NCBI RefSeq assembly: GCF_964355755.1
Contig: NC_092675.1
Location: 11,651,812 to 11,715,811 of the forward strand
Direction of reading: 5' to 3'
Source of the DNA: Antedon mediterranea
Taxonomy: Eukaryota; Animalia; Echinodermata
DNA: 64,000 nucleotides
This document shows, in pieces, positions 37,610 through 51,769 of the stretch (positions within the stretch are counted from its first letter, which is position 1; the number at the start of each line of letters is the position of its first letter). Both the position numbers and the translations under genes were made by a program. Under the pieces are notes generated by a model. The model worked only from the letters and a program-made list of their open reading frames with translations. It did not search any database and had not been told where the DNA came from.

Positions 37610-40600
37610 CATGCTATTTATGCTAATATTGCTATTTCTGCTTATAGCTGGAAAAGCAGTTGTGGTTGCTAGTGATATGTTATTGTGCTATTGAAGTCTT
37701 AGGGATAAGTCTTACTGCTATAGCAGCTATTTTTGCTATAGCTCGAAAAGCAGTTGTGGTTGCTACTGATATGCTATTATGCTATTGAAGTCTAAGGGCT
37801 AAGTGTTTCACTGCTATAGCAGCTATTTTTGCTGTAGCTGGAAAAGCAGTTATGGTTGCTATTGATTTGCTATTATGCTATTGAAGTCCAAGGGTTAAGT
37901 GTTACTGCTATAGCAGCTGTTTTTGCTATAGCTGGAAAAGTAGTTAGGGTTGCTATTGATTTGCTATTATGCTATTGAAGTCTGAGGGTTAAGTGTTACT
38001 GCTATAGCAGCTATTTTTGCTATAGCTGGAAAAGCAGTTATGGTTGCTATTGATTTGCTATTATGCTATTGAATTTGAAGGGTTAAGTGTTTCACTGCTA
38101 TAGCAGCTATTTCTGCTATAGCTCGAAAAGCAGATGTGATTGCTATTGATATGCTATTGTGCTATTGAAGTCTAAGGGTTAAGTCTGACTGCTATAGCAG
38201 CTATTTTTGCTATAGCTGGAAAAGCAGTTATGGTTGCTATTGATTTGCTGTTATGCTATTGAAGTCCGAGGGTTAAGTGTTACTGCTATAGCAGCTATTT
38301 TTGCTATAGCTGGAAAAGCAGTTATGGTTGCTATTGATTTGCTATTATGCTATTGAAGTCCGAGGGTTAAGTGTTACTGCTATAGCAGCTATTTTTGCTA
38401 TAGCTGGAAAAGCAGTTTTGGTTGCTACTGATAAGCTAGTTTGCTATTGAATTTGAAGGGTTAAGTGTGTCACCGCTATAGCAGCTATTTCTGCTATAGC
38501 TCGAAAAGCAGATGTGATTGCTAATGATATGCTATTGTGCTATTGAAGTCTAAGGGTTAAGTCTGACTGCTATAGCAGCTATTTTTGCTATAGCTGGAAA
38601 GGCAGTTATGGTTGCTATTGATTTGCTTTTATGCTATTGAAGTCCGAGGGTTAAGTGTTACTGCTATAGCAGCTATTTTTGCTATAGCTGGAAAAGCAGT
38701 TATGGTTGCTATTGATTTGCTATTTTGCTATTGAAGTACGAGGGTTAAGTGTTACTGCTATAGCAGCTATTTTTGCTATAGCTGGAAAAGCAGTTTTGGT
38801 TGCTACTGATAAGCTAGTTTGCTATTGAATTTGAAGGGTTAAGTGTTTCACTGCTATAGCAGCTATTTCTGCTATAGCTCGAAAAGCAGATGTGATTGCT
38901 AATGATATGCTATTGTGCTATTGAAGTGTAAGGGTTAAGTCTGACTGCTATAGCAGCTATTTTTGCTATAGCTGGAAAAGCAGTTATGATTGCTATTGAT
39001 TTGCTATTATGCTATTGAATATGAAGGGTTAGGCCTAAGTGTTTCACTGCTATAGCAGCTGTTTCTGCTATAGCTCGAAAAGCAGATGTGATTGCTAATG
39101 ATATGCTATTGTGCTATTGAAGTCTAAGGGTTAAGTCTGACTGCTATAGCAGCTATTTTTGCTATAGCTGGAAAAGCAGTTATGGTTGCTATTGATTTGC
39201 TATTATGCTATTGAAGTCCGAGGGTTAAGTGTTACTGCTATAGCAGCTATTTTTGCTATAGCTGGAAAAGCAGTTTTGGTTGCTACTGATAAGCTAGTTT
39301 GCTATTGAATTTGAAGGGTTAAGTGTTTCACCGCTATAGCAGCTATTTCTGCTATAGCTCGAAAAGCAGATGTGATTGCTAATGATATGCTATTGTGCTA
39401 TTGAAGTCTAAGGGTTAAGTCTGACTGCTATAGCAGCTATTTTTGCTATAGCTGGAAAGGCAGTTATGGTTGCTATTGATTTGCTTTTATGCTATTGAAG
39501 TCCGAGGGTTAAGTGTTACTGCTATAGCAGCTGTTTTTGCTATAGCTGGAAAAGCAGTTATGGTTGCTATTGATTTGCTATTGTGCTATTGAAGTACGAG
39601 GGCTAAGTGTTACTGCTATAGCAGCTATTTTTGCTATAGCTGGAAAAGCAGTTTTGGTTGCTACTGATAAGCTAGTTTGCTATTGAATTTCAAGGGTTAA
39701 GTGTTTCACTGCTATAGCAGCTATTTCTGCTATAGCTCGAAAAGCAGATGTGATTGCTAATGATATGCTATTGTGCTATTGAAGTCTAAGGGTTAAGTCT
39801 GACTGCTATAGCAGCTATTTTTGCTATAGCTGGAAAAGCAGTTCGGGTTGCTATTGATTTGCTATTATGCTATTGAAGTCTGAGGGTTAAGTGTTACTGC
39901 TATAGCAGCTATTTTTGCTATAGCTGGAAAAACAGTTGTGGTTGCTATTGATGTGCTATTATGCTATTGAATTGGAAGGGTTAAGTGTTTCACTGCTATA
40001 GCAGCTATTTCTGCTATAGCTCGAAAAGCAGATGTGATTGCTAATGATATGCTATTATGCTATTGAAGTCCAAGGGTTAAGTGTTACTGCTATAGCAGCT
40101 ATTTTTGCTATAGCTGGAAAAGCAGTTATGGTTGCTATTGATTTGCTATTATGCTATTGAAGTCCAAGGGTTAAGTGATACTCTTATAGCAGCTATTTTT
40201 GCTATAGCTGGAAAAGCAGTTGTGGTTGCTGTTGATTTGCTATTATGCTATTGAAGTCTGAGGGTTAAGTGTTACTGCTATAGCAGCTATTTTTGCTATA
40301 GCTGGAAAAGCAGATGTGATTGCTATTATGATATGCTATTGTGCTGTTGAAGTCTAAGGGTTAAGTCTGACTGCTATAGCAGCTATTTTTGCTATAGCTG
40401 GAAAAGGAGTTATGGTTGCTATTGATTTGCTATTGAGCTATTGAAGTCCAAGGGTTAAGTGTTACTGCTATGAAGTCTAAAGGTTAAGTGTTACTGCTAT
40501 AGCTGGAAAAGCAGTTGTGATTGCTACTGATAAGCTAGTTTGCTATTGAATTTGAAGGGTTAAGTGTGTCACTGCTATAGCAGCTATTTCTGCTATAGCT

Positions 40601-41155
40601 CGAAAAGCAGATGTGATTGCTAATGATATGCTATTGTGCTATTGAAGTCTAAGGGTTAAGTCTGACTGCTATAGCAGCTATTTTTGCTATAGCTGAAAAA
40701 ACAGTTATGGTTGCTATTGATTTGCTATTGTGCTATTGAAGTCCAAGGGTTAAGTGTTACTGCTATAGCAGCTATTTTTGCTATAGCTGAAAAAACAGTT
40801 ATGGTTGCTATTGATTTGCTATTATGCTATTGAAGTCTAAGGGTTAAGTGTTTGACCGCTATAGCAACTATTTCTGCTATAGCTGGAAAAGCAGTTGTGG
40901 TTACTGATATGCTATTATGCTATTGAAATATAAGGGTTAAGTGTTACTGCTATAGCAGCTATTTCTGCTATAGCTGGAAAAGCAGTTCTGGTTGCTACTG
41001 ATATGCTATTATGCTATTGAAATCTAAGGGTTAAGTGTTACTGCTACAGCTGCTATTTCTGCTATAGCTTAGAAAGCAGTTGTGGTTGCTACTGATATGC
41101 TATTGTGCTATTGAAGTCTAAGGGTTAAGTGTTTCAGTGCTATAGCAGCTATTGC
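37610..41155. repeat. 94-bp GCTAT-rich satellite, ~37 copies, with ~378-bp 4-mer higher-order repeats
   Basis: Unit spacing 94 (e.g. 38261 to 38355); the aatttgaaggg variant recurs at 378-bp spacing (38447-38825, 39305-39683). Confidence 0.95.
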
Positions 41156-41156
41156 T

Positions 41157-41650
41157 ATGGTTAGACCTTGTGGTATTATTGTGGATTTCGCTGAGTTATA
41201 CACTTGTGAATCACCTTCCCAAGCTTGTGTATTTTTTTTACGATTTTACGATGTTCAAGGCAATGGAACAGATTCAGCTATATCGGATATGACAGGGCCT
41301 GTGAGCTTCATCCATTCTTAAAAAACTTAGCAAAAAAGGGAAATGAAGGAGCACAACTGACTTATTGAACAATCTGAAATTCGTGGTAGACCTATTTCAC
41401 ATTAGGACTCACAAACGAAAAGAATGTATGCCATTGAGTAACCCAGAGTGTATATACCATCCACAACTGCCACAACACGCAGTTATAGCTGGAGTTAACA
41501 CTCAATGTGCTGAACAGACATTCAAATCACTTAACAAGTATAAGTACATCACGAAACGAATGTCAAATTTTTTTTGTATACTGTTATCCAAAGACACAAT
41601 GAAATGATACACAAGAAACTGCAGCATGAGGGTAAACTTTTGGACACGCA
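41157..41650 (+). pseudogene. KDZ transposase C-terminal catalytic region remnant
   Basis: MVRPCGIIVDFAELYTCESPSQ / YIGYDRACELHPFL / VVDLFHIRTH...CIYHP...GVNTQCAEQTFKSL: PCG, YDxxC, FHxxxH and NTxxxEQ motifs; frameshifted. Confidence 0.8.
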
Positions 41651-43239
41651 ATAAGTTACTGAATGACATTGTTCAATCGTATGTTATAAATCAGGCTATT
41701 CTACTTACTCAGATCACTCATTGTCCTAATTGCTGTACATTTTAATCAAATTTCTACGTGTTTTGCATAATATTGTACTTCAAGAGCCAAAGAATTAAGT
41801 TTGCGACCTGTATATAATATTATTGTTAATCATTAATAGTTGCAGCTTCAGTTTATAAGGAAATGTACAATTAAATCTAGGCATACATTTAGTTATGACA
41901 TTTATAAAAAAGGGCAAAGTAACATAAAATTAATTTTATCTTTGATAAAACTGAAATTATAATCTTTCATTTAAATAAATTAAAATACTCTCATTTAGAA
42001 TGGATTGTAAACTGCTTAACATATTTTCATTTTTCTAAATCACAAACTTGTATTAATTTTCAACTTTCTGATTGTACCAGATGTATCCATACTCGAACGT
42101 ATGTATACGATTAAACAACTTACATGTAAAGGTTGTTATATTACAGTACGACTTTTCAAATGTCCTAATAATTTCCCACCTTTTTGAAATACAATTATTT
42201 TGGATAGGATTACATTTACACTAACATTGCATGTGTCGCAAAATGTTTCCAATACATTCATTGAATTTGGTAGACCAGATCAGCATAATATAATAGATGG
42301 TTTATAAAGCAGTCTCCGAATTGTATTTCTTTGGTATTTGTATTAATAATAGATCGTTTATAAATATATCTTAAACAGAATACAGAGGTGAACCTTCTTG
42401 CTGTATCCTATTCAAACGTTGAAATGGGAGCATTAACTAGTGGCATATTTTTACGTGTGCTGATATTTTACTGTACATGGAATATTTGACGTGAAATGTA
42501 TTATTGATTACACCTATTTCTCTTAATTTTATTAATACACATTATTATTTATGTAGTGAAAAGCAAGTTTGAGATCAACGAAGCAACAAAATAATTGATC
42601 CCTTCTCTTACTTAAATATTTTTGGATTGTGCTGTTTAGCATGAAAGTATATGTAGTGTTCTGAATCCCTTGTGACAGCCTGATTGTTGTTGGTAAATAA
42701 TGTTGTTGTTATCAGTAATGGCTTATTGTTGTAGTATTAAAGATGTTTAAAAATGTTTGGAAAGTCAAATGTCAGAAATGTCTCTATAGTTTTCGGGTTT
42801 GTTGCTATCACCCTTTAATTGGAATTTGGAAGGCATGTTTTATTTGGAATAGGTTAATTTTGTCATCATACACGATGTTATGCTCATTTTTCTTGCTGTA
42901 CATTTTATTCAAATTTCTATGTGTGTTGCATAATATTGTACTTCAAGAGCCAAAGAATTAAGTTTGCGACCTTTATATAATATTATTCTGAATCATTAAT
43001 AGTTGCAACTTAAGTTTATAAGGAAATGTACAATTAAATTGAGGCATTATATTTAGTTATGACACTTTAAATATTTTAGGATTGTGCTGTTTAGGATGAA
43101 AGTATTTGTAGTGTTTGGAATCCCTTGTAAAAGCCTGATTGTTGTTGGTAAATAATAGTTGTCAGTGTTGTCAATATAGATTATTCTTGTAGTATTAAAG
43201 ATGTTTAAAAATATTTGGGAACTGGAATGTCAAAATTGG

Positions 43240-43750
43240 CTCAACTATGAACTGAACGTACCCTTTAAATAATCTCAGCTATAAAGTGAACCTAACCGTC
43301 TTAATGATCTAAACTATGAACTGAACCCTCTATATAATCTCAACTATCAACTGAACTTAACACTGTAATAGTTTTTTGGTTTGTTCCTTAATAATCTCAA
43401 CTATGAACTGAACGTACCGTTTAAATAATCTCAGCTATGAAGTGAACCTAACCGTCTTAATGATCTAAACTATGAACTGAACCCTCTATATAATCTCAAC
43501 TATCAACTGAACCTAACACTGTAAATAATAGCAACTATGAACTGAACCTCACCCTCTAAATAATCTGAAACATCAACTGAACCTCACCCTCCAAATAATC
43601 TAAACTATGAACTGAACCTAACCCTTTAAATAATCTCCACTATGAACTGAACCTTACCATTTAGAAAACCTCCACTGTGTCAACTAAACCTTCTTTAAGT
43701 ATCCTAACCTTCTAAATAATCTGAACTTAGAACTTACCCTTTAAATAATC
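43240..43750. repeat. ~35-bp minisatellite (aactatgaactgaacctaaccctttaaataatctc)
   Basis: About 13 degenerate copies. Confidence 0.85.
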
Positions 43751-46700
43751 ATGTAAAACGCCTGACGTGTATACCCTTTAAAAAAAACATTAATCCTGAC
43801 ATAAACCGCCAAGATCTAACCACCCTCATGTGAACCGCCTGACATGTATACCCATAAAAAAAACATCACTCCAGATGTAAACCGCCAAGATGTGACCACC
43901 TCATGTAAAATGCCTGACGTGTATAACCTAAAACAAAACATCACTCCAGATGTTAACCGCCAAGATCTAACCACCATAATGTAAAACGCCTGACGTGTAT
44001 AACCTAAAAAAAAAAACACTTCAGATGCAAACCACCAAGATCTGACCACCCTAACTGATCATGTAAAAAACGCCTGACGTGTATAACCTAAAAAAAAAAA
44101 AAAACATCACTCCAGATGTAAACCGCCAAGATGTAAAACGCCTGATGTGTAGAACCTTAAAAAAAACCATCACTCCAGATGTAAACCGCCAAGATCTAAC
44201 CACCGTCATGTGAAACGCCTGACGTGTATACCCATAAAAAAAAACATCACTCCAGATGTAAACTTCCAAGGTCTGACCACCCTCATCTAAAACCCCTGAC
44301 ATGTATACCCTAAAAAACATCACTCCAGATGTAAACCGCCAAGATCTGACCACCCACATGTGAAACGCCTAATGTGTATAACCTAAAAAAAAAAACAATC
44401 CAGATGTAAACCGCCAAGAACACCCTCAGGTAAAACGCCTGACGTGTATAACCTAAAAAAAAAGTCACTCCAGTGTAAACCGCCAAGATGTAAAACGCTC
44501 CTGACATAAACCGCCAAGATCTAACCACCCTCATTTGAAATGCCTGATGTGTATACCTTTAAAAAAAAACATCACTCCATATGTAAATATTTAGTTATGA
44601 CATTTAAATATTTTAGGATTGTGCTGTTTAAGATGAAAGTATTTGTAGTGTTCGGAATCCATTGTAAAAGCCTGATTGTTGTTGGTAAATAATAGTTGTT
44701 GTTGTCAATATGGATTATATTGTAGTATTAAAGATGTTTAAAAATATTTGGGAACTGGAATGTCAAAAATGGCTATATAGTTTTCTGGTTTGTTCCTTAA
44801 TAATCTCAACTATGATGTTGTAAACCGCCAAGATCTGAACAGCCTCATGTAAAACGCCTGACGTGTATAACCTATAAAAAAAAAATCACTCCAGTGTAAA
44901 CCGCCAAGATGTAAAACGCTCCTGACATAAACCGCTAAGATCTAACCACCCTCATGTGAAATGCCTGACGTGTATACCCATAAAAAAAAAACATCACTTC
45001 AGATGTAAACCGCCAAGATCTAACCACACTCGTATAAAATGCCTGACATGTATACCTTTAAAAAAAAACATCACTCCTGATGTAAACTGCCGAAATGGAT
45101 CCACCCTCATGTAAAACGCCTCACGTGCATACCCTTAAAAAAAACATTACTGCTGATCTAAACCGGCAAGATCTAACCACCCTCATGTGAAACGCCTGAC
45201 GTGTATAACCTAAAAAAAAACATCACTCCAGATGTAAACCGCCAAGATCTAACCACCCTCATGTGAAACGCCTGACGTGTATAACCTAAAAAAAAACATC
45301 ACTCCAGATGTAAACCGCCAAGATCTAACCACCCTCATGTAAAACGCCTGACGTGTATAACCTAAAAAAAAAAACATCACTCCAGATGTAAACCGCCAAG
45401 ATCTAACCACCCTCATGTAAAACGCCTGACGTTTATACCCTTAAAAAAAACATCACTCCAGATGTAAACCGCCAAGATCTGACCACTCTCATGTAAAACG
45501 CCTGATGCGTATAACCTTAAAAAAAACATCATTCCATATGTAAACCGCCAAGATCTGACCACGCACTCTCATGTAAAACGCCTGACGTGTATAACCTAAA
45601 AAAAAACATCACTCCAGATGTAAACCGCCAAGATTTAACCACCCTCATGTAAAACGCCTGACGTGTATACCTTTAAAAAAAAACATTAATCCTGACATAA
45701 ACCGCCAAGATCTAACCACCCTCATGTGAAACGCCTGACGTGTATACCCATAAAAAAAACATCACTCCTGATGTAAACCGCCAAGATCTGAACACCCTCA
45801 TGTAAATCGCTTGACGTGTATAACCTAAAAAAAACATCACTCCAGATGTAAACCGCCAAGATCTAACGACCCTCATGTAAAACGACTGACGTGTATAACC
45901 TAAAAAAAAACATCACTCCAGATGTAAACCGCCAAGATCTAACCACCCTCATGTAAAACGCCTGACGTGTATAACCTAAAAAAAAACATCACTCCAGATG
46001 TAAACTGCCAAGATCTAACCACCCTCATGTAAAACGCCTGACGTGTATAACCTAAAAAAAACATCACTCCAGATGTAAACCGCCAAGATCTGACCACCCT
46101 CGTGTAAAACGCCTGACGTGTATAGGCCTACCCTTAAAAAAAACATTAATCCTGACATAAACCGCCAAGATCTAACCACCTTCATGTGAAACGCCTGACC
46201 TGTATACCCATAAAAAAAACATCACTCCAGATGTAAACCGCTAAGATCTGACCACCCTCATGTGAAACGCCTGACGTGTATAGGCCTACCCTTAAAAAAA
46301 CATTAATCCTGACATAAACCGCCAAGATCTAACCACCTTCATGTGAAACGCCTGACCTGTATACCCATAAAAAAAACATCACTCCAGATGTAAACCGCCA
46401 AGATCTGACCACTCTCATGTAAAACGCCTGATGCGTATAACCTTAAAAAAAACATCACTCCATATGTAAACCGCCAAGATCTGACCACGCACTTTCATGT
46501 AAAACGCCTGACGTGTATAACCTAAAAAAAAACATCACTCCAGATGTAAACCGCCAAGATTTAACCACCCTCATGTAAAACGCCTGACGTGTATACCTTT
46601 AAAAAAAACCATTAATCCTGACATAAACCGCCAAGATCTAACCACCCTCATGTGAAACGCCTGACGTGTATACCCATAAAAAAAACATCACTCCTGATGT

Positions 46701-49700
46701 AAACCGCTAAGATCTGAACACCCTCATGTAAATCGCCTGACGTGTATAACCTAAAAAAAAACATCACTCCAGATGTAAACCGCCAAGATCTAACCACCCT
46801 CATGTAAAACGCCTGACGTGTATAACCTAAAAAAAAAACATCACTCCAGATGTAAACTGCCAAGATCTAACCACCCTCATGTAAAACGCCTGACGTGTAT
46901 AACCTAAAAAAAACATCACTCCAGATGTAAACCGCCAAGATCTGACCACCCTCATGTAAAACGCCTGACGTGTATAGGCCTACCCTTAAAAAAAACATTA
47001 ATCCTGACATAAACCGCCAAGATCTAACCACCTTCATGTGAAACGCCTGACCTGTATACCCATAAAAAAAACATCACTCCAGATGTAAACCGCTAAGATC
47101 TGACCACCCTCATGTGAAACGCCTGACGTGTATAACCTAACAAAAAAAAACATCACTCCAGATGAAAACCGCAAAGATGTAAAACGCCTGACGTGTATAA
47201 CCTTAAAAAAAACATCACTCCAGATGTAAACCGCCAAGATCTAACCACCATCATGTGAAACGCCTGACGTGTATACCCATAAAAAAAACATCACTCCAGA
47301 TGTAAACTGCCAAGATCTGACCACTCTCATGTAAAACGCCTGACGTGTATACCCATAAAAAAAACATCACTCCAGATGTAAACCGCTAAGATCTGACCAC
47401 CCTCATGTGAAACGCCTGACGTGTATAGGCCTACCCTTAAAAAAACATTAATCCTGACATAAACCGCCAAGATCTAACCACCTTCATGTGAAACGCCTGA
47501 CCTGTATACCCATAAAAAAAACATCACTCCAGATGTAAACCGCCAAGATCTGACCACTCTCATGTAAAACGCCTGATGCGTATAACCTTAAAAAAAACAT
47601 CACTCCATATGTAAACCGCCAAGATCTGACCACGCACTTTCATGTAAAACGCCTGACGTGTATAACCTAAAAAAAAACATCACTCCAGATGTAAACCGCC
47701 AAGATTTAACCACCCTCATGTAAAACGCCTGACGTGTATACCTTTAAAAAAAACCATTAATCCTGACATAAACCGCCAAGATCTAACCACCCTCATGTGA
47801 AACGCCTGACGTGTATACCCATAAAAAAAACATCAATCCTGATGTAAACCGCTAAGATCTGAACACCCTCATGTAAATCGCCTGACGTGTATAACCTAAA
47901 AAAAAACATCACTCCAGATGTAAACCGCCAAGATCTAACCACCCTCATGTAAAACGCCTGACGTGTATAACCTAAAAAAAAAACATCACTCCAGATGTAA
48001 ACTGCCAAGATCTAACCACCCTCATGTAAAACGCCTGACGTGTATAACCTAAAAAAAACATCACTCCAGATGTAAACCGCCAAGATCTGACCACCCTCAT
48101 GTAAAACGCCTGACATGTATAGGCCTACCCTTAAAAAAAACATTAATCCTGACATAAACCGCCAAGATCTAACCACCTTCATGTGAAACGCCTGACCTGT
48201 ATACCCATAAAAAAAACATCACTCCAGATGTAAACCGCTAAGATCTGACCACCCTCATGTGAAACGCCTGACGTGTATAACCTAACAAAAAAAAACATCA
48301 CTCCAGATGAAAACCGCAAAGATGTAAAACGCCTGACGTGTATAACCTTAAAAAAAACATCACTCCAGATGTAAACCGCCAAGATCTAACCACCATCATG
48401 TGAAACGCCTGACGTGTATACCCATAAAAAAAACATCACTCCAGATGTAAACTGCCAAGATCTGACCACTCTCATGTAAAACGCCTGACGTGTATAACCT
48501 AAAAAAAAACATCACTCCAGATGTAAACCGCCAAGATTTAACCACCCTCATGTAAAACGCCTGACGTGTATACCTTTAAAAAAACCCATTAATCCTGACA
48601 TAAACCGCCAAGATCTAACCACCCTCATGTGAAACGCCTGACGTGTATACCCATAAAAAAAACATCACTCCTGATGTAAACCGCTAAGATCTGAACACCC
48701 TCATGTAAATCGCCTGACGTGTATAACCTAAAAAAAAACATCACTCCAGATGTAAACCGCCAAGATCTAACCACCCTCATGTAAAACGCCTTACGTGTAT
48801 AACCTAAAAAAAAAACATCACTCCAGATGTAAACTGCCAAGATCTAACCACCCTCATGTAAAACGCCTGACGTGTATAACCTAAAAAAAACATCACTCCA
48901 GATGTAAACCGCCAAGATCTGACCACCCTCATGTAAAACGCCTGACGTGTATAGGCCTACCCTTAAAAAAAACATTAATCCTGACATAAACCGCCAAGAT
49001 CTAACCACCTTCATGTGAAACGCCTGACCTGTATACCCATAAAAAAAACAACACTCCAGATGTAAACCGCTAAGATCTGACCACCCTCATGTGAAACGCC
49101 TGACGTGTATAACCTAACAAAAAAAAACATCACTCCAGATGAAAACCGCAAAGATGTAAAACGCCTGACGTGTATAACCTTAAAAAAAACATCACTCCAG
49201 ATGTAAACCGCCAAGATCTAACCACCATCATGTGAAACGCCTGACGTGTATACCCATAAAAAAAACATCACTCCAGATGTAAACTGCCAAGATCTGACCA
49301 CTCTCATGTAAAACGCCTGACGTGTATACCCATAAAAAAAACATCACTCCAGATGTAAACCGCTAAGATCTGACCACCCTCATGTGAAACGCCTGACGTG
49401 TATAGGCCTACCCTTAAAAAAACATTAATCCTGACATAAACCGCCAAGATCTAACCACCTTCATGTGAAACGCCTGACCTGTATACCCATAAAAAAAACA
49501 TCACTCCAGATGTAAACCGCCAAGATCTGACCACTCTCATGTAAAACGCCTGATGCGTATAACCTTAAAAAAAACATCACTCCATATGTAAACCGCCAAG
49601 ATCTGACCACGCACTTTCATGTAAAACGCCTGACGTGTATAACCTAAAAAAAAACATCACTCCAGATGTAAACCGCCAAGATTTAACCACCCTCATGTAA

Positions 49701-51480
49701 AACGCCTGACGTGTATACCTTTAAAAAAAACCATTAATCCTGACATAAACCGCCAAGATCTAACCACCCTCATGTGAAACGCCTGACGTGTATACCCATA
49801 AAAAAAACATCAATCCTGATGTAAACCGCTAAGATCTGAACACCCTCATGTAAATCGCCTGACGTGTATAACCTAAAAAAAAACATCACTCCAGATGTAA
49901 ACCGCCAAGATCTAACCACCCTCATGTAAAACGCCTGACGTGTATAACCTAAAAAAAAAACATCACTCCAGATGTAAACTGCCAAGATCTAACCACCCTC
50001 ATGTAAAACGCCTGACGTGTATAACCTAAAAAAAACATCACTCCAGATGTAAACCGCCAAGATCTGACCACCCTCATGTAAAACGCCTGACATGTATAGG
50101 CCTACCCTTAAAAAAAACATTAATCCTGACATAAACCGCCAAGATCTAACCACCTTCATGTGAAACGCCTGACCTGTATACCCATAAAAAAAACATCACT
50201 CCAGATGTAAACCGCTAAGATCTGACCACCCTCATGTGAAACGCCTGACGTGTATAACCTAACAAAAAAAAACATCACTCCAGATGAAAACCGCAAAGAT
50301 GTAAAACGCCTGACGTGTATAACCTTAAAAAAAACATCACTCCAGATGTAAACCGCCAAGATCTAACCACCATCATGTGAAACGCCTGACGTGTATACCC
50401 ATAAAAAAAACATCACTCCAGATGTAAACTGCCAAGATCTGACCACTCTCATGTAAAACGCCTGACGTGTATAACCTAAAAAAAAACATCACTCCAGATG
50501 TAAACCGCCAAGATTTAACCACCCTCATGTAAAACGCCTGACGTGTATACCTTTAAAAAAACCCATTAATCCTGACATAAACCGCCAAGATCTAACCACC
50601 CTCATGTGAAACGCCTGACGTGTATACCCATAAAAAAAACATCACTCCTGATGTAAACCGCCAAGATCTAACGACCCTCATGTAAAACGCCTGACGTGTA
50701 TAACCTAAAAAAAAACATCACTCCAGATGTAAACCGCCAAGATCTAACCACCCTCATGTAAAACGCCTGACGTGTATAACCTAAAAAAAAACATCACTCC
50801 AGATGTAAACTGCCAAGATCTAACCACCCTCATGTAAAACGCCTGACGTGTATAACCTAAAAAAAACATCACTCCAGATGTAAACCGCCAAGATCTGACC
50901 ACCCACATGTAAAACGCCTGACCTGTATACCCATAAAAAAAACATCACTCCAGATGTAAACAGCTAAGATCGACCCCCCTCATGTGAAACGCCTGACGTG
51001 AATAACCTAAAAAAAAAAACATCACTCCAGATGTAATTCGCCAAGATGTAAAACGCCTGACGTGTATACCCTAAAAAAAATATCACTCCAGATGTAAACC
51101 GCCAAGATCTGACCACCCTCATGTAAAACGCCTGACGTGTATACCCTTAAAAAAAACATCAATCCAGATGTAAACCGGCAAGATCTGAACACCCTCATGT
51201 AAAACGCCTAACGTGAATAACCTAAAAAAAACCATCACTCCAGATGTAATTCGCCAAGATGTAAAACGGCTGACGTGTATACCCTAAAAAAAACATCACT
51301 CCAGATGTAAACCGCCAAGATCTGACCACCCTCATGTGAAACGCATGACGTGTATAACCTAAAAAAAAAAACATCACTCCATGTGTAAACCGCCAAGATC
51401 TAACCACCCTCATGTAAAACGCCTGACGTGTATAACCTAAAAAAAACATCACTCCAGATGTAAACCGCCAAGATGTAAAA
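43750..51480. repeat. ~76-bp satellite (~95 copies) with 1145/832-bp blocks forming a 1977-bp higher-order period
   Basis: Unit gtaaaccgccaagatctaaccaccctcatgtaaaacgcctgacgtgtataacct(A)n catcactccagat; equivalent ORFs at 46648, 47793, 48625, 49770 and at 47034, 48179, 49011, 50156; interrupted at 44586-44820. Confidence 0.95.
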
Positions 51481-51769
51481 TGCCTTTGTTATATTATTTG
51501 GCTTTAACTATGGTATGGTGTAGTTGAAATATAGCAACTATAGCAGCTATAGCTGAGGTTTCAGGCAAGTGACAGTAGGATAGTGATATAACAGCTATCC
51601 CAAGGCTATTTGCAGCCTGTTTTGTATAGATGATGTGAAGCAATTGCAGAGGTATTTGTTTGCTGTTTATAATACCAAAGCTATCCCAAGGCTATTTTCA
51701 GCCTGGCTATATCAATTATAGCAACTGCAAGTTATTTCCATGTTATTTATGTTGTATAAAATACAGCAC

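Noticed and set aside
43750-51480. CRISPR-like array
   Set aside because: Head-to-tail monomers with no unique spacers, no cas genes, eukaryotic context
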